Source: a virus (Duplodnaviria > Heunggongvirae > Uroviricota > Caudoviricetes). From it: a stretch of 64,000 bases of DNA. The stretch lies in the IMG/VR virus record IMGVR_UViG_2880372215_000004. The stretch is one strand, 5' to 3'. The translations under genes were made by a program, and so were the position numbers. Positions 1 to 8,960 of this stretch are shown here, in pieces (positions within the stretch are counted from its first letter, which is position 1; every line of letters starts with the position of its first letter). Below the pieces are notes generated by a model, which was not told where the DNA came from, made no database searches, and saw nothing but the letters and a program-made list of their open reading frames with translations.

Positions 1-1236
1 CTATGATAACCGCGCATTCAACATGGCTACCTGTTCGTCGTTCATGTCATCAATCCACATACCGTAAATTTCATACACCATCTGCGCAGTTTCATGCCCC
101 ATTTGGCTGGCTATAAATGCCGGGTTCGCTCCTGCCGTCAACAGCCAGCAGGCAAAAGTATGCCGCGTATGGTACGGATTACGGCGGCGAATACCAGCAC
201 GTTTTACTGCTGCATTCCACCTTGCCCCCAAACTGCTTACCGAGTAATAAGGTTTTTGTTTTCCGTTACACACCCTGGGCATGAAAACAAAATGCAGTTT
301 TTGCTTTTCGGTTCTGCCGTACTCCCGATGATAAAAGGTGATTTCGCTTTTGCGATGATGCCCGGTCAGTTTGTATTGCTCCTTCAGTGCTTCAAGAGCA
401 GGCTGCAGTAGTGTTACCGTCCGGATCCCCGCATTTGTTTTTGGGGGACCGAACATATCCAGTATCGTCAGGTTTCTTCTGACATTCACAACTCCCTTCT
501 CGAAATCCACATCCTCCCACGCCAGAGCAGCCAGTTCCCCGTGACGAAGCCCGGAGTATACGGCAAATTTCCACAAGTTCTGGCTCTGTCCTTTTTCACT
601 TTCCATTAATGCATTGAATTCTGTTTTAGATAACGGGTCAGGCTTTATTCTGTTTCTCTGTAATTTCTTTACTCCTTCAAATGGTTTGGTTGATATAAAT
701 CCCGACTGATACGCAAAACGTAACAACGAACAGAGCAGGGCGATATAGTTATCAACTGTGCGCACGGTTCTTCCTTTTTTGTTGGATCTTGGATTATCCA
801 GGTAAAGCGTTTCTCCATGCAGCAGTTCATTCCGGTAGTTTAAGATATCGCTATAACGAATATGCGATATCGGAGTACTCTCACAAATTATTATCCTGAG
901 TGTTTTTAATTGTGATTTCGTTTTCTTCATTGTGTTTGTTGTTAACTCTGTTTCTTTAATTTTTGTCCAGATATCACAAAGCTCCCCGAACGTTTTTATG
1001 ACCCTCGTTGTCACCATTTTTGCCCCAGTGCTGGACTGGGGAAAACGTCTTAAATACTCAAACTCACCGGAATTGATTTCATGAACTATCAACGCTCTTA
1101 AATTCCCGGCTTTTTTAATGTTACTGTTAGTAACCTCCCAGCCTTTCAATGTTTCCCGACATCGTTTTCCTCGAAACATGAACCAGATGCGAATGTATTT
1201 ACCTCGAATCTCGACACCTGTTGGTAATTTAGACAT
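1..1236 (-). CDS. intR: Prophage integrase (tyrosine recombinase), Rac IntR-like, 411 aa, complete
   Basis: Full-length ORF. The N-terminus MSKLPTGVEIRGKYIRIWF and the 411-aa length match my memory of K-12 Rac IntR. C-terminal catalytic region HTRHTFACW...GHETAQMVYEIYGMW. The stop codon sits at window positions 1-3. Confidence 0.9.
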   Translation of the reverse strand: MSKLPTGVEIRGKYIRIWFMFRGKRCRETLKGWEVTNSNIKKAGNLRALIVHEINSGEFEYLRRFPQSSTGAKMVTTRVIKTFGELCDIWTKIKETELTTNTMKKTKSQLKTLRIIICESTPISHIRYSDILNYRNELLHGETLYLDNPRSNKKGRTVRTVDNYIALLCSLLRFAYQSGFISTKPFEGVKKLQRNRIKPDPLSKTEFNALMESEKGQSQNLWKFAVYSGLRHGELAALAWEDVDFEKGVVNVRRNLTILDMFGPPKTNAGIRTVTLLQPALEALKEQYKLTGHHRKSEITFYHREYGRTEKQKLHFVFMPRVCNGKQKPYYSVSSLGARWNAAVKRAGIRRRNPYHTRHTFACWLLTAGANPAFIASQMGHETAQMVYEIYGMWIDDMNDEQVAMLNARLS

Positions 1237-1237
1237 A

Positions 1238-1453
1238 TCATGAGTCTTTGATAAACTGATTTATCTTTGGATAGTTATACCAGATAATCCCTCGCTTACT
1301 GTCTGGCTTCCCTAAAGGAGATACTCGTTTGAAGTGGAAGCCTTCCACCCAACAGTTCTGGCGGTATGCTTCAATTTGTCTGGCCCCCAGACCAGTGCGA
1401 AGCATCAGGCCGTATTCAACCATCCACTCTTCATTAAAGATTACTTGTGCCAT
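1238..1453 (-). CDS. xis: Excisionase (YdaQ/XisR-like), 71 aa from internal ATG
   Basis: Lies immediately upstream of int. The sequence [46 protein letters not shown] is a typical lambdoid Xis/YdaQ sequence. Start chosen at Met9 of the tracked ORF. Confidence 0.75.
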   Translation of the reverse strand: MAQVIFNEEWMVEYGLMLRTGLGARQIEAYRQNCWVEGFHFKRVSPLGKPDSKRGIIWYNYPKINQFIKDS

Positions 1454-1552
1454 CGCATCACCTCTGGCAGGCGCCAATGTTAGACTTAAATTGACGCCCG
1501 ATGTTGATTATTAATAATCAGCTATGAAGTTTTAATTTGAATACAATGCAAT

Positions 1553-1753
1553 TCACGAGGACTGAAGTTTCTCGCAATTAAAATTTATCAGTTTTACTTT
1601 CTGCTCTCTGGAAACGCCTGCTTCTTTTTTACCTGAGAGCATTTTTTCGCATTCTGATTTCGTTAGTTTAGATTTTGAATATCTTGTCCAGTTAGTAGGA
1701 GTGCCACCTTCCTTTTCAATAGTGGCGGTAATTTTATACATGAACACCTCCAT
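1553..1753 (-). CDS. ydaC: Rac prophage protein YdaC-like
   Basis: MEVFMYKITATIEKEGGTPTNWTRYSKSKLTKSECEKM... recalled as K-12 YdaC, in the syntenic position between xis and ralR. Start uncertain. Confidence 0.6.
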   Translation of the reverse strand: MEVFMYKITATIEKEGGTPTNWTRYSKSKLTKSECEKMLSGKKEAGVSREQKVKLINFNCEKLQSS

Positions 1754-1778
1754 TATTATTTCCAGTGGTTCGTTTATT

Positions 1779-1928
1779 TCATCGTTCGAGTGCTTCTTTT
1801 TCACTTCCACCATAACCGGTTCGGGATTCGCATCCGTTACACTTCGCTCGGTAATATCCTGAAATGGCTTTCACCGTTACTGATGGACAACCACAAAATG
1901 GACATGGTTTAACATTGTCATATCTCAT
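1779..1928 (-). CDS. ralR: Restriction-alleviation protein Lar/RalR (49 aa, shorter C-terminus than K-12 RalR)
   Basis: Hand translation of the minus strand gives MRYDNVKPCPFCGCPSVTVKAISGYYRAKCNGCESRTGYGGSEKEALER*. It has a zinc-ribbon CxxC...CxxC pattern. Too short for the ORF track. Syntenic with Rac ralR, directly upstream of recT in coordinate terms. Confidence 0.65.
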   Translation of the reverse strand: MRYDNVKPCPFCGCPSVTVKAISGYYRAKCNGCESRTGYGGSEKEALER

Positions 1929-1983
1929 AATTTTTCTCATAAAAATATTTCAAGTTGGCGGTGCATTACACCGCCAGGCTGAA

Positions 1984-2793
1984 TTATTCCTCTGAATTAT
2001 CGATTACACTGTATTCCCCGGTTAATACAGAGGAATCTGCAGGATCGATTGTCAGTGGTTCCTTTTCATCCATTGATACTGCACGCTGGATCTCAATTGA
2101 TACGGGCAGATATTTGAACAGGCGACGAATAGCCGTTTTCTTTGCCATTTCTTCCCAGTGAGTTACCCACGGCCCGTTATTACCAGCTTTACTCTGGCTG
2201 CGCACCAGCTCAATCTGTTTGCGCGTCATAACTTCAAACTGAGTACCTCCGTCTTTCAGTCTTGCGACAGCATAGACGTGGGTAACAGGGGCATCTTCGT
2301 TTTCTCCTGGGCGGTGTATTAACTTTTCATCAAGGCCAAATTCGAAATTAAACTCGTCACCTTCACGGACAACACGGGCTGACAAGCTGGCGATTTGACC
2401 TGAACGGCGAGCCAGATCAATCATGCCTCGATAGCCAATGATTAGCTGAACGTTTTTTTTACCGCTCTTTTCGTTTTTATTACCAAAAGGCAGTAAATAT
2501 GCATGACCGAGGGCGCTACCGGGCTCAAGTCCGAGCTGTGAACACTGTACGATTGCACTGACAAAACTCATAGTGTCACAGTTTCCTAACGCCGGAACTT
2601 TACGAATTTCTGTGGTGGCGATACGGATCATACGTTCAGCCGTCATATGGCGTGGAAGAGCTGCTGCCAGTTGCTCTTTCATTGATGGCTGGTTAATAAA
2701 ACTAATCACGTCGTTATTTTTAATTGCTGCTGGTGCACGGTTTCCCTGAGTTTTTTGCAGATCGGCTTTTGCGATTGGTGGTTGCTTAGTCAT
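1984..2793 (-). CDS. recT: Recombinase RecT (single-strand annealing protein), 269 aa
   Basis: [23 protein letters not shown]...SVIDNSEE is nearly identical to K-12 RecT as I recall it. Start set at the internal ATG (Met20 of the tracked ORF), which overlaps the recE stop by 8 nt as in Rac. Confidence 0.95.
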   Translation of the reverse strand: MTKQPPIAKADLQKTQGNRAPAAIKNNDVISFINQPSMKEQLAAALPRHMTAERMIRIATTEIRKVPALGNCDTMSFVSAIVQCSQLGLEPGSALGHAYLLPFGNKNEKSGKKNVQLIIGYRGMIDLARRSGQIASLSARVVREGDEFNFEFGLDEKLIHRPGENEDAPVTHVYAVARLKDGGTQFEVMTRKQIELVRSQSKAGNNGPWVTHWEEMAKKTAIRRLFKYLPVSIEIQRAVSMDEKEPLTIDPADSSVLTGEYSVIDNSEE

Positions 2794-5386
2794 TTGCATA
2801 TTCCTTAGCCCAGCGGGGCAGTGATAACGTCTTAATAGCTGGCCATTCATCGGTATTGAGGCAGTCAGCCAGGGTTCGCAGATTGCGGTGATATTCCAGC
2901 TGACCTGCCAGTTTTGCTTCTTCGCCCATCATGAAAATTTCAACCGGATAACGTCCGCATTCAATAGTTGTGCTGGCAACCAGAAAAACGAAAGTTGGCT
3001 GCACTCCAAACTGTGCTTCATAACCGTCACTGTAGAATGCATCCTGAACGTGATAGCGGTAGTCGTAATAAGCGGTTTTGAATCGTTGAATATCCGCCGT
3101 AGTTTTCACGTCCATGATCCAGTGAAATTCAGGGATAATTTTGTCCGGACGGCACCGACACAAAATTGCTGTTTCAGGATCTTCCCAGTAAATTGATGAT
3201 TCAGCGTGTCCGGCGCTTTCAACAAGCCATTGCCCCAGCGGCAAAGCCATAACGCTCTGATACATGAGTTCAATTTTCCGGCCTTCTTCGGCAGTGATAA
3301 CCGTTTTTCCTGTGCTTGCGCATTCCCTCAGAAACGCTTTCTCTTCTTCTTTTCCGGAGTTTGTCCGGCGGTTAAATTCAGGTGCTACGATAAAGCGGTT
3401 ACTGAATTCTTCCGGCTCAAGTACCCGGCAGTGGAAAGCGGTTCCTAAATCGAGCGTTTTTGTCTTTGTGGTGTCCACGGGGGCATTTTTACGCCACAAA
3501 TACAGTGCCGGAGTATCAGCAATGTCATCGAGCTGAGACTTACTGACACCGGGACCCGCGTGGTAATTCTCATTCGAAATTCCGTAATAAATACCTGGCT
3601 CTATGTCTTCTACGATTACGGGATCTGCGACTTCGCCAGTTTCATCACTGCAATCGCGATGCGGATCGCTGCCAGCATTCTCATTGTGCGGATGTTCAGC
3701 GCCTTCCATTTCCTCCGGATCATTTTCCTTAGCTTCAACCTGACTCTCTTCATCGAATGTTTCCTGGTATGTTGCGTCGCCCATCACCGCACCACAGTCA
3801 GGGCAGTTATCCCCGCCAGTCTGGCCGCAGGCATTGCAGGCTATTTCCGGTTCCTGTTGCACTACTGGCTCAGGTTGATTCATATCCGGGCTGGTTTTTT
3901 CCGTTTCTGGCTGGTTCTGGTACACACAATCGCGAGTCTGGATCCCCTTTACCCATTTCGGATCGTTCGGGTCGCTAATTCCGTCAACAAATTCACCACG
4001 TGATGCAGCAAGCAATTTATCGGCATCGACAGGATTTTTTGATGGAATGTTTTTCCGGGCTTCATGGAGTTCTGCCCGCAGTTCCTGATATTTCGCATCA
4101 ACAGAATTTACCTGTGACTGAGCATCCAGCGGCTGCGTGTCCTGATGATGTTCAGTTGCGTCCGGTTCCATTGTTTCAGCCTCTCCCTGTTCAACTGCCG
4201 TTGTTCCAGATGGTTGCGGTTTTTCTTCATCATCCTGTTTTCCTTCTTCTGTTACTCGCTGCGGCATCGGGGCAGAGGAGCGACCGCAGGCAATATCCAC
4301 GATTTCCGGATCAGGGTTGGCATGATCGGTTTCAGTCAGTACTTTGTTCAGATATTCAGTGACGTGCGCGGGGATGACCTCGATCCCAATTGGTGCTTCT
4401 TTTACGGACGCAACCACGATGGCGCGGGAATAATCCAGCCCGCCAGGCATGGTGATGAATTTGTCGCGGAAAACAGAAAAGGGCGGTTTATTTTCAGCGA
4501 TAATTTCCTCAATGCGTTTAGCGTGTGCCGGATGAAGGTTATAGATGTCCAGATCCATTGAACGGGCCAGTACGCCAGTGGCTACGTCGCGCGCCAGTGA
4601 CGTCAGATCGTGTACGAAACCTTCGCCGCGATCGGTGAGGTTTCCGCCGCCAGCATTAGCACCGGAAGCCGTGCGAGTGATGTGTGAAACACGATTACCC
4701 TTCATCCACTCTTTTGTCAGCAGTCCTCGATCGGTGTAGTCAGCGTTCAGGTATGCTTCGAAAAAAGCAGTTATCAGTCCCAGGTTTGAATTACCAGGAT
4801 TAGGGAAAACTTTGTCAGTGTCACGAACCAGTTTGTGGAGTTCGCGAATTTCCAGCGGGTCGAGCAGGCTGGTTTTGTGGGAAACAGCCAGGGCAGTAAC
4901 AGCCGGTAGTTCTTCAGCCCGAGCAATGTGTAATGCCTGGAGTCCGTCGCGTGAAACGTGCGTTACCGGTTTTTCGCTGCCGTGTTGAGCAAGCCAACGA
5001 ATGGGCAGTTCCTGGCCAGAAATTGGGAGTAGCATATTCTCCTCAATCTCAGTCATGTCTTCGCCGTTGACGTTGGTATTGCCTTGATAGTGAGCGTTGT
5101 CTGGTGCTGCTCCCGGTTTTAGTTCCCATGTCATGGAGTCTTTGCTGAGTTGATAGCGTTCACTCCAGGTAAAATCGATCTCACCTTCAGCGGGCAGGTC
5201 ATTAACGACAGGAAAATTCGTGGCAACAGCTTTAAAATAGCTGCTCAGTTTTTTACCTGACTTAACGATCAGGTAGTCCAGAGTGGCACAGGTCGATTCA
5301 AAATCGTTGCTTGCCCACAGGACGACGTCAGGTTCACCGGATGATTTTTTCGCTTTCCGTAACAGGAAGAGTGGTTTTGTGCTCAT
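2786..5386 (-). CDS. recE: Exodeoxyribonuclease VIII RecE, 866 aa
   Basis: 866-aa ORF starting [32 protein letters not shown]. The C-terminal nuclease domain precedes recT. Length and sequence match Rac RecE from memory. Confidence 0.95.
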   Translation of the reverse strand: MSTKPLFLLRKAKKSSGEPDVVLWASNDFESTCATLDYLIVKSGKKLSSYFKAVATNFPVVNDLPAEGEIDFTWSERYQLSKDSMTWELKPGAAPDNAHYQGNTNVNGEDMTEIEENMLLPISGQELPIRWLAQHGSEKPVTHVSRDGLQALHIARAEELPAVTALAVSHKTSLLDPLEIRELHKLVRDTDKVFPNPGNSNLGLITAFFEAYLNADYTDRGLLTKEWMKGNRVSHITRTASGANAGGGNLTDRGEGFVHDLTSLARDVATGVLARSMDLDIYNLHPAHAKRIEEIIAENKPPFSVFRDKFITMPGGLDYSRAIVVASVKEAPIGIEVIPAHVTEYLNKVLTETDHANPDPEIVDIACGRSSAPMPQRVTEEGKQDDEEKPQPSGTTAVEQGEAETMEPDATEHHQDTQPLDAQSQVNSVDAKYQELRAELHEARKNIPSKNPVDADKLLAASRGEFVDGISDPNDPKWVKGIQTRDCVYQNQPETEKTSPDMNQPEPVVQQEPEIACNACGQTGGDNCPDCGAVMGDATYQETFDEESQVEAKENDPEEMEGAEHPHNENAGSDPHRDCSDETGEVADPVIVEDIEPGIYYGISNENYHAGPGVSKSQLDDIADTPALYLWRKNAPVDTTKTKTLDLGTAFHCRVLEPEEFSNRFIVAPEFNRRTNSGKEEEKAFLRECASTGKTVITAEEGRKIELMYQSVMALPLGQWLVESAGHAESSIYWEDPETAILCRCRPDKIIPEFHWIMDVKTTADIQRFKTAYYDYRYHVQDAFYSDGYEAQFGVQPTFVFLVASTTIECGRYPVEIFMMGEEAKLAGQLEYHRNLRTLADCLNTDEWPAIKTLSLPRWAKEYAND

Positions 5387-5487
5387 TGTTTTTTAACCTC
5401 AACTCAGATTAAAATTCGTTTTGTTCAGTGAATGATCTTGCCGGATACACACTGTTCATAGCCTGCGCCATACGCAGGCTATTTCTT

Positions 5488-5763
5488 TCAGATTTCACCT
5501 TTTAATTTCATTGCAATTAGAGTTGCCAGAAATTCGGCTTTTTTTTCTGTGGGCAGATTCTTTCCGATATGCACCAGGCACATTTTTTTGACACCTTCAT
5601 CAAGTGTTTTTACGTTGCCTGATGGACCATCGATATCAACCACAGTGAATGGGGTTTCTTTATTTTCTGTTTTAATTACGTAGCCAATGCGCTTTCCTTC
5701 CAGATTCACCTCGTGAACAATGTCATCGGTAGTTACAACAGTGGCTTCATAATTGGTAATCAT
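5488..5763 (-). CDS. racC: Rac prophage protein RacC, 91 aa
   Basis: MITNYEATVVTTDDIVHEVNLEGKRIGYVIKTENKETPFTV... recalled as RacC, in the syntenic position upstream of recE. Confidence 0.7.
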   Translation of the reverse strand: MITNYEATVVTTDDIVHEVNLEGKRIGYVIKTENKETPFTVVDIDGPSGNVKTLDEGVKKMCLVHIGKNLPTEKKAEFLATLIAMKLKGEI

Positions 5764-5837
5764 GTTTTTCTCCTTAATTAAGGTTGAGCGAATACCTGCC
5801 ATTTCTGGCATAAATTCAGTTTCGAATAGTCAATTAA

Positions 5838-6008
5838 TTAAAGTTCATGTGCCATCTGGTCTTTTTCGGCACAAGCTTCACTGCAATATTTTCTCGGTTC
5901 GTCTTTTGATAAAATCCCGTGCATGAAGTGAAGCATTCTTTCAATAGCTTTGCTTTCTTCAACGTCTTTTTTGCAAAGGTGGTAAGCACATTTTATTTTC
6001 TTAGTCAT
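5838..6008 (-). CDS. ydaE: Cys-rich small protein YdaE, 56 aa
   Basis: Hand translation gives [56 protein letters not shown]. Below the track size cut-off. Its start overlaps the kilR stop (TGATG). Confidence 0.65.
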   Translation of the reverse strand: MTKKIKCAYHLCKKDVEESKAIERMLHFMHGILSKDEPRKYCSEACAEKDQMAHEL

Positions 6009-6229
6009 CACCATGACTCCGCCTTTACAGGTAAACCATCACGACCGAGGAAGACTTTAATCATGCGGTCAGTAATGCATGTTTTTGTGGTCAGGTTACG
6101 AATATATAGTTTTCGCTTTTTAATATTGTTTGCCGAGGCAATATATGTCCGGCCTTCATGAAGAACATAATCGCCAGGAGTCACACACTGACGTGGTATT
6201 TCATCAGTTCCGAAGTGATGTGCAATCAT
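6008..6229 (-). CDS. kilR: FtsZ-inhibiting killing protein KilR, 73 aa
   Basis: [55 protein letters not shown] matches K-12 KilR from memory. Start at Met5 of the tracked ORF. Confidence 0.85.
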   Translation of the reverse strand: MIAHHFGTDEIPRQCVTPGDYVLHEGRTYIASANNIKKRKLYIRNLTTKTCITDRMIKVFLGRDGLPVKAESW

Positions 6230-6404
6230 AATTATCTCCATTTTTACAAATGAACTTTGTTGATGCGGTGCCTGGTGCCTCCAGGTGACTGCAACCAGTT
6301 AACAATTACAGTCGGCTTTCCCACCCAAACCAATAAGGACTAACATGACTTTTAACTGTGCCACGTGCGCTTAGCCGCATTCACCGCATCACAAAATTCA
6401 CTTT

Positions 6405-6470
6405 AAAAAGGGCGGACATCAGCCGAACTTCAAGAAAAAAACTGATGCCGCCAGGACTACACACAGCAAT
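6405..6470 (-). ncRNA. DicF-like sRNA paralogue (diverged 5' part, conserved terminator hairpin)
   Basis: The minus-strand RNA reads ...GGCGGCAUCAGUUUUUUUCUUGAAGUUCGGCUGAUGUCCGCCCUUUUU, an 11-bp stem plus a U-run. The flanks 6265-6412 are homologous to the dicF-dicB spacer of prophage 2 (59590-59742). The element sits upstream of kilR exactly as dicF sits upstream of dicB. Confidence 0.4.
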
Positions 6471-6670
6471 GTCGTTATTTACAACCGGAGGCGCACTCCC
6501 ACCATTTAAATTTAACAGACAAGACCGACTCTTTATGGATATCGGAAATGCGCCTTCGTGTTGTGCCCGGTTTTATTTCACCACCTCCGGGCTTCGGTGG
6601 TCTCGGCTATACCCCTACAGCGAGAGCTTGTGTTAACATTTCAATACCCTTACAGTTGAGAGTTATTGAT

Positions 6671-7159
6671 ATGTTGGATGTATTTACTCCATTGTTGAAA
6701 CTTTTTGCTAACGAGCCACTCGAAAGACTTATGTATACGATTATCATTTTTGGTCTCACTCTCTGGCTGATACCGAAAGAGTTTACTGTCGCATTCAATG
6801 CTTATACTGAAATACCTTGGCTCTTTCAGATTATCGTTTTTGCCTTTTCTTTCGTGGTCGCCATTTCCTTCTCAAGATTGCGAGCACATATTCAAAAGCA
6901 TTATTCATTACTACCAGAGCAACGAGTATTGCTTCGTTTATCTGAGAAAGAAATCGCTGTATTTAAAGATTTCCTTAAAACAGGAAATCTTATTATCACT
7001 TCTCCTTGCCGTAACCCGGTTATGAAAAAATTAGAACGGAAGGGCATCATTCAACATCAGAGTGATAGCGCAAACTGTTCTTATTATCTCGTCACCGAAA
7101 AATACTCCCATTTTATGAAGTTATTCTGGAACAGCAGGAGTAGACGTTTTAATCGTTAG
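6671..7159 (+). CDS. sieB: Superinfection exclusion protein SieB, 162 aa
   Basis: MLDVFTPLLKLFANEPLERLMYTIIIFGLTLWLIPKEF... matches Rac SieB from memory. Start at the internal ATG of the tracked ORF. Confidence 0.85.
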   Translation: MLDVFTPLLKLFANEPLERLMYTIIIFGLTLWLIPKEFTVAFNAYTEIPWLFQIIVFAFSFVVAISFSRLRAHIQKHYSLLPEQRVLLRLSEKEIAVFKDFLKTGNLIITSPCRNPVMKKLERKGIIQHQSDSANCSYYLVTEKYSHFMKLFWNSRSRRFNR

Positions 7160-7311
7160 CTTACTGTGTGCTTCTCCAACCATCGGCGCGCACCAGTTTC
7201 GGTTTTAAATGTTTTGCTTTTGGTATACGTCATGGCAGTGAACGTTCCATCCTGGTTGGGGAACACGCCGCACACCAGGGATTCGTTGTTGCCGAGGTCG
7301 ATTTTTTGCAT
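7156..7311 (-). CDS. ydaF: DUF1391-type small protein YdaF, 51 aa
   Basis: Hand translation gives MQKIDLGNNESLVCGVFPNQDGTFTAMTYTKSKTFKTETGARRWLEKHTVS*. A paralogue is present at 60988-61140. The tracked + ORF 7166-7384 is its antisense shadow. Confidence 0.7.
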   Translation of the reverse strand: MQKIDLGNNESLVCGVFPNQDGTFTAMTYTKSKTFKTETGARRWLEKHTVS

Positions 7312-7321
7312 TTTGCGAATC

Positions 7322-7456
7322 TCACATCTTGTTGCTACGTATAGCGACTTCTGCCTGCCAGAGATCCCAGTCGTTGCTGCGTAAAGCCTGCACAGCCTGG
7401 TTGTAAGTGATACCGCAACAATCCATCAAATACTGAACTACTTCGTAATGCACCAT
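7322..7456 (-). CDS. ydaG: Small protein YdaG, 44 aa
   Basis: Hand translation gives MVHYEVVQYLMDCCGITYNQAVQALRSNDWDLWQAEVAIRSNKM*. Recalled as Rac YdaG. Confidence 0.65.
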   Translation of the reverse strand: MVHYEVVQYLMDCCGITYNQAVQALRSNDWDLWQAEVAIRSNKM

Positions 7457-7626
7457 CTTATCTATCCCCTTAACGCCGGGTGGCGGAACTAACTGCTGCA
7501 CTGCAAAATTTGAATCCCGCCGTCATGTTCATACGCCTCGGGCTGGCTACTTAACCCCTGACCACTGCCTGGTAACTCGAAGTATTGCCCGGCGTTCTGT
7601 GGGGCGGGGTGGGTTGGTAGGTATAT

Positions 7627-7669
7627 AATGTACTTTGTGTTCATCATTGTAAAGTACTTTAAGTACATT
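7627..7669. promoter_or_regulatory. Candidate OL-type operator cluster / leftward early promoter
   Basis: Inverted pair ATGTACT (7628-7634) and AGTACAT (7662-7668) flank a central AAGTACTT palindrome. The same ATGTACT half-site recurs in the repressor-cro intergenic region. Confidence 0.4.
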
Positions 7670-7743
7670 TTATGTATAAAAAAATGAGACGGGATAAAGT
7701 GAAGCACAAACCCGGAGGGGGACGCTACCGGATTTATGCTGGT

Positions 7744-8163
7744 TTAAGAGGCTTTTTGTTTTTTCTTTCGTGCTAACTCTTCGTAAATTGCATTGTACTT
7801 CTGTTTTTTCTCCTCAAGAGTTTTTAAAAGTTCATCTGTCTCACTGTCAGGGAGCTCGTCCAGAAGGTCAATGATGATTTTTTGTCTTGGATTTAACTCC
7901 TGATAGAAACGTATCTGTCCACTTTCTTCTGTATCCTCTCCCAAAAGATAGGTTGGTGTTGTTCCAATGAGTGTTGCTAATTCCCTTAATTTCTCTCGGC
8001 GAGGAATTGTTTCACCATTAAACCATTTGCTAACCGCTTTTGGTGTTAATTTCATTCGACGGGCAATTTCTGCCTGCCTTCCATGTTGTTCATAACCAGC
8101 GTTTTCACAGGCTAGCGCAAGCCTACTGGCGAACTCTTTACGCGCTTTATCTTCATGAACCAT
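7744..8163 (-). CDS. Prophage repressor, HTH XRE family (RacR/CI-like), 139 aa
   Basis: HTH segment GRQAEIARRMKLTPKAVSKWFNGETIP. Divergent from a cro-like gene. No S24 peptidase domain. Confidence 0.8.
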   Translation of the reverse strand: MVHEDKARKEFASRLALACENAGYEQHGRQAEIARRMKLTPKAVSKWFNGETIPRREKLRELATLIGTTPTYLLGEDTEESGQIRFYQELNPRQKIIIDLLDELPDSETDELLKTLEEKKQKYNAIYEELARKKKQKAS

Positions 8164-8187
8164 AAGTTCAATGATATTCGCTCTTGA

Positions 8188-8218
8188 ATGTACTGTCAGT
8201 TCTGTTATAGCATGTACT
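8188..8218. promoter_or_regulatory. Candidate OR-type operators in the divergent repressor/cro promoter region
   Basis: Two ATGTACT half-sites (8188-8194 and 8212-8218) lie in the 79-bp divergent intergenic region. Confidence 0.4.
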
Positions 8219-8242
8219 CAAAGTTCACATTGTGAGGGTGAT

Positions 8243-8497
8243 ATGAACCAGAAAACACTTGAAGATGTAATCAAAACTGTTCGCGTTTCTGTTGTGGCCG
8301 ACGTTTGTGGTGTCAGCCAAAGAGCAATCTACAAATGGATGGATAACGGTAAATTGCCTCGCACAGAATATACCGGCGAAACAAATTACGCTGAAAAAAT
8401 CGCTCATGCATCAAACGGATTATTTTCTGCCGATGCAATTTTAACTATTGGCAGAAATAAAACTACTACGAAAAAGCTGATGGGAGTTGATTCATGA
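8243..8497 (+). CDS. Cro/YdaS-like HTH regulator, 84 aa
   Basis: MNQKTLEDVIKTVRVSVVADVCGVSQRAIYKWMDNGKLP carries an HTH motif. Divergent from the repressor and overlaps the ydaT start (ATGA). Confidence 0.7.
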   Translation: MNQKTLEDVIKTVRVSVVADVCGVSQRAIYKWMDNGKLPRTEYTGETNYAEKIAHASNGLFSADAILTIGRNKTTTKKLMGVDS

Positions 8498-8916
8498 AAA
8501 TCAAGCATGAGCACATCGAATCAGTGTTGTTAGCCCTGGCAGCCGAAAAAGGGCAGGCGTGGGTCGCTAACGCAATTACTGAAGAATATCTGCGCCAGGG
8601 GGGCGGCGAATTGCCCCTGGTACCAGGCAAGGACTGGAACAATCAGCAGAATATCTATCATCGTTGGTTGAAAGGTGAAACGAATGCGCAAAGGGAAAAA
8701 ATTCAGAAACTGATCCCTGCGGTTCTGGCAATTCTTCCTCGCGAGCTGCGTCACCGACTCTGCATCTTCGATACCCTGGAACGCCGTGCATTACTGGCGG
8801 CACAGGATGCACTGAGTACGGCAATTGATGCGCATGATGATGCAGTCCAGGCCGTTTACCGTAAAGCACATTTCAGCGGCGGCGGTTCTCCTAGCGATTC
8901 TGTCGTAGTGCATTGA
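8494..8916 (+). CDS. ydaT: YdaT (CII-like regulator family), 140 aa
   Basis: MKIKHEHIESVLLALAAEKGQAWVANAITEEYLRQGGGELPLVPGKDW... is near-identical to K-12 YdaT from memory. Confidence 0.85.
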   Translation: MKIKHEHIESVLLALAAEKGQAWVANAITEEYLRQGGGELPLVPGKDWNNQQNIYHRWLKGETNAQREKIQKLIPAVLAILPRELRHRLCIFDTLERRALLAAQDALSTAIDAHDDAVQAVYRKAHFSGGGSPSDSVVVH

Positions 8917-8960
8917 TTGAAATTAATCGTACCGAACTGTTTTGTTCGGTATCAGTTAAA

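Noticed and set aside
2888-5386. Numerous + strand ORFs (e.g. 2888-3196, 3560-4003, 4000-4362, 4145-4561) inside recE
   Set aside because: They are antisense shadows of a long, confidently identified gene (RecE, 866 aa). Their sequences are low-complexity and lack start contexts.
7166-7384. Tracked + strand ORF of 72 aa after sieB
   Set aside because: The opposite strand encodes the recognisable YdaF (7156-7311) and YdaG (7322-7456). The + ORF is their shadow.
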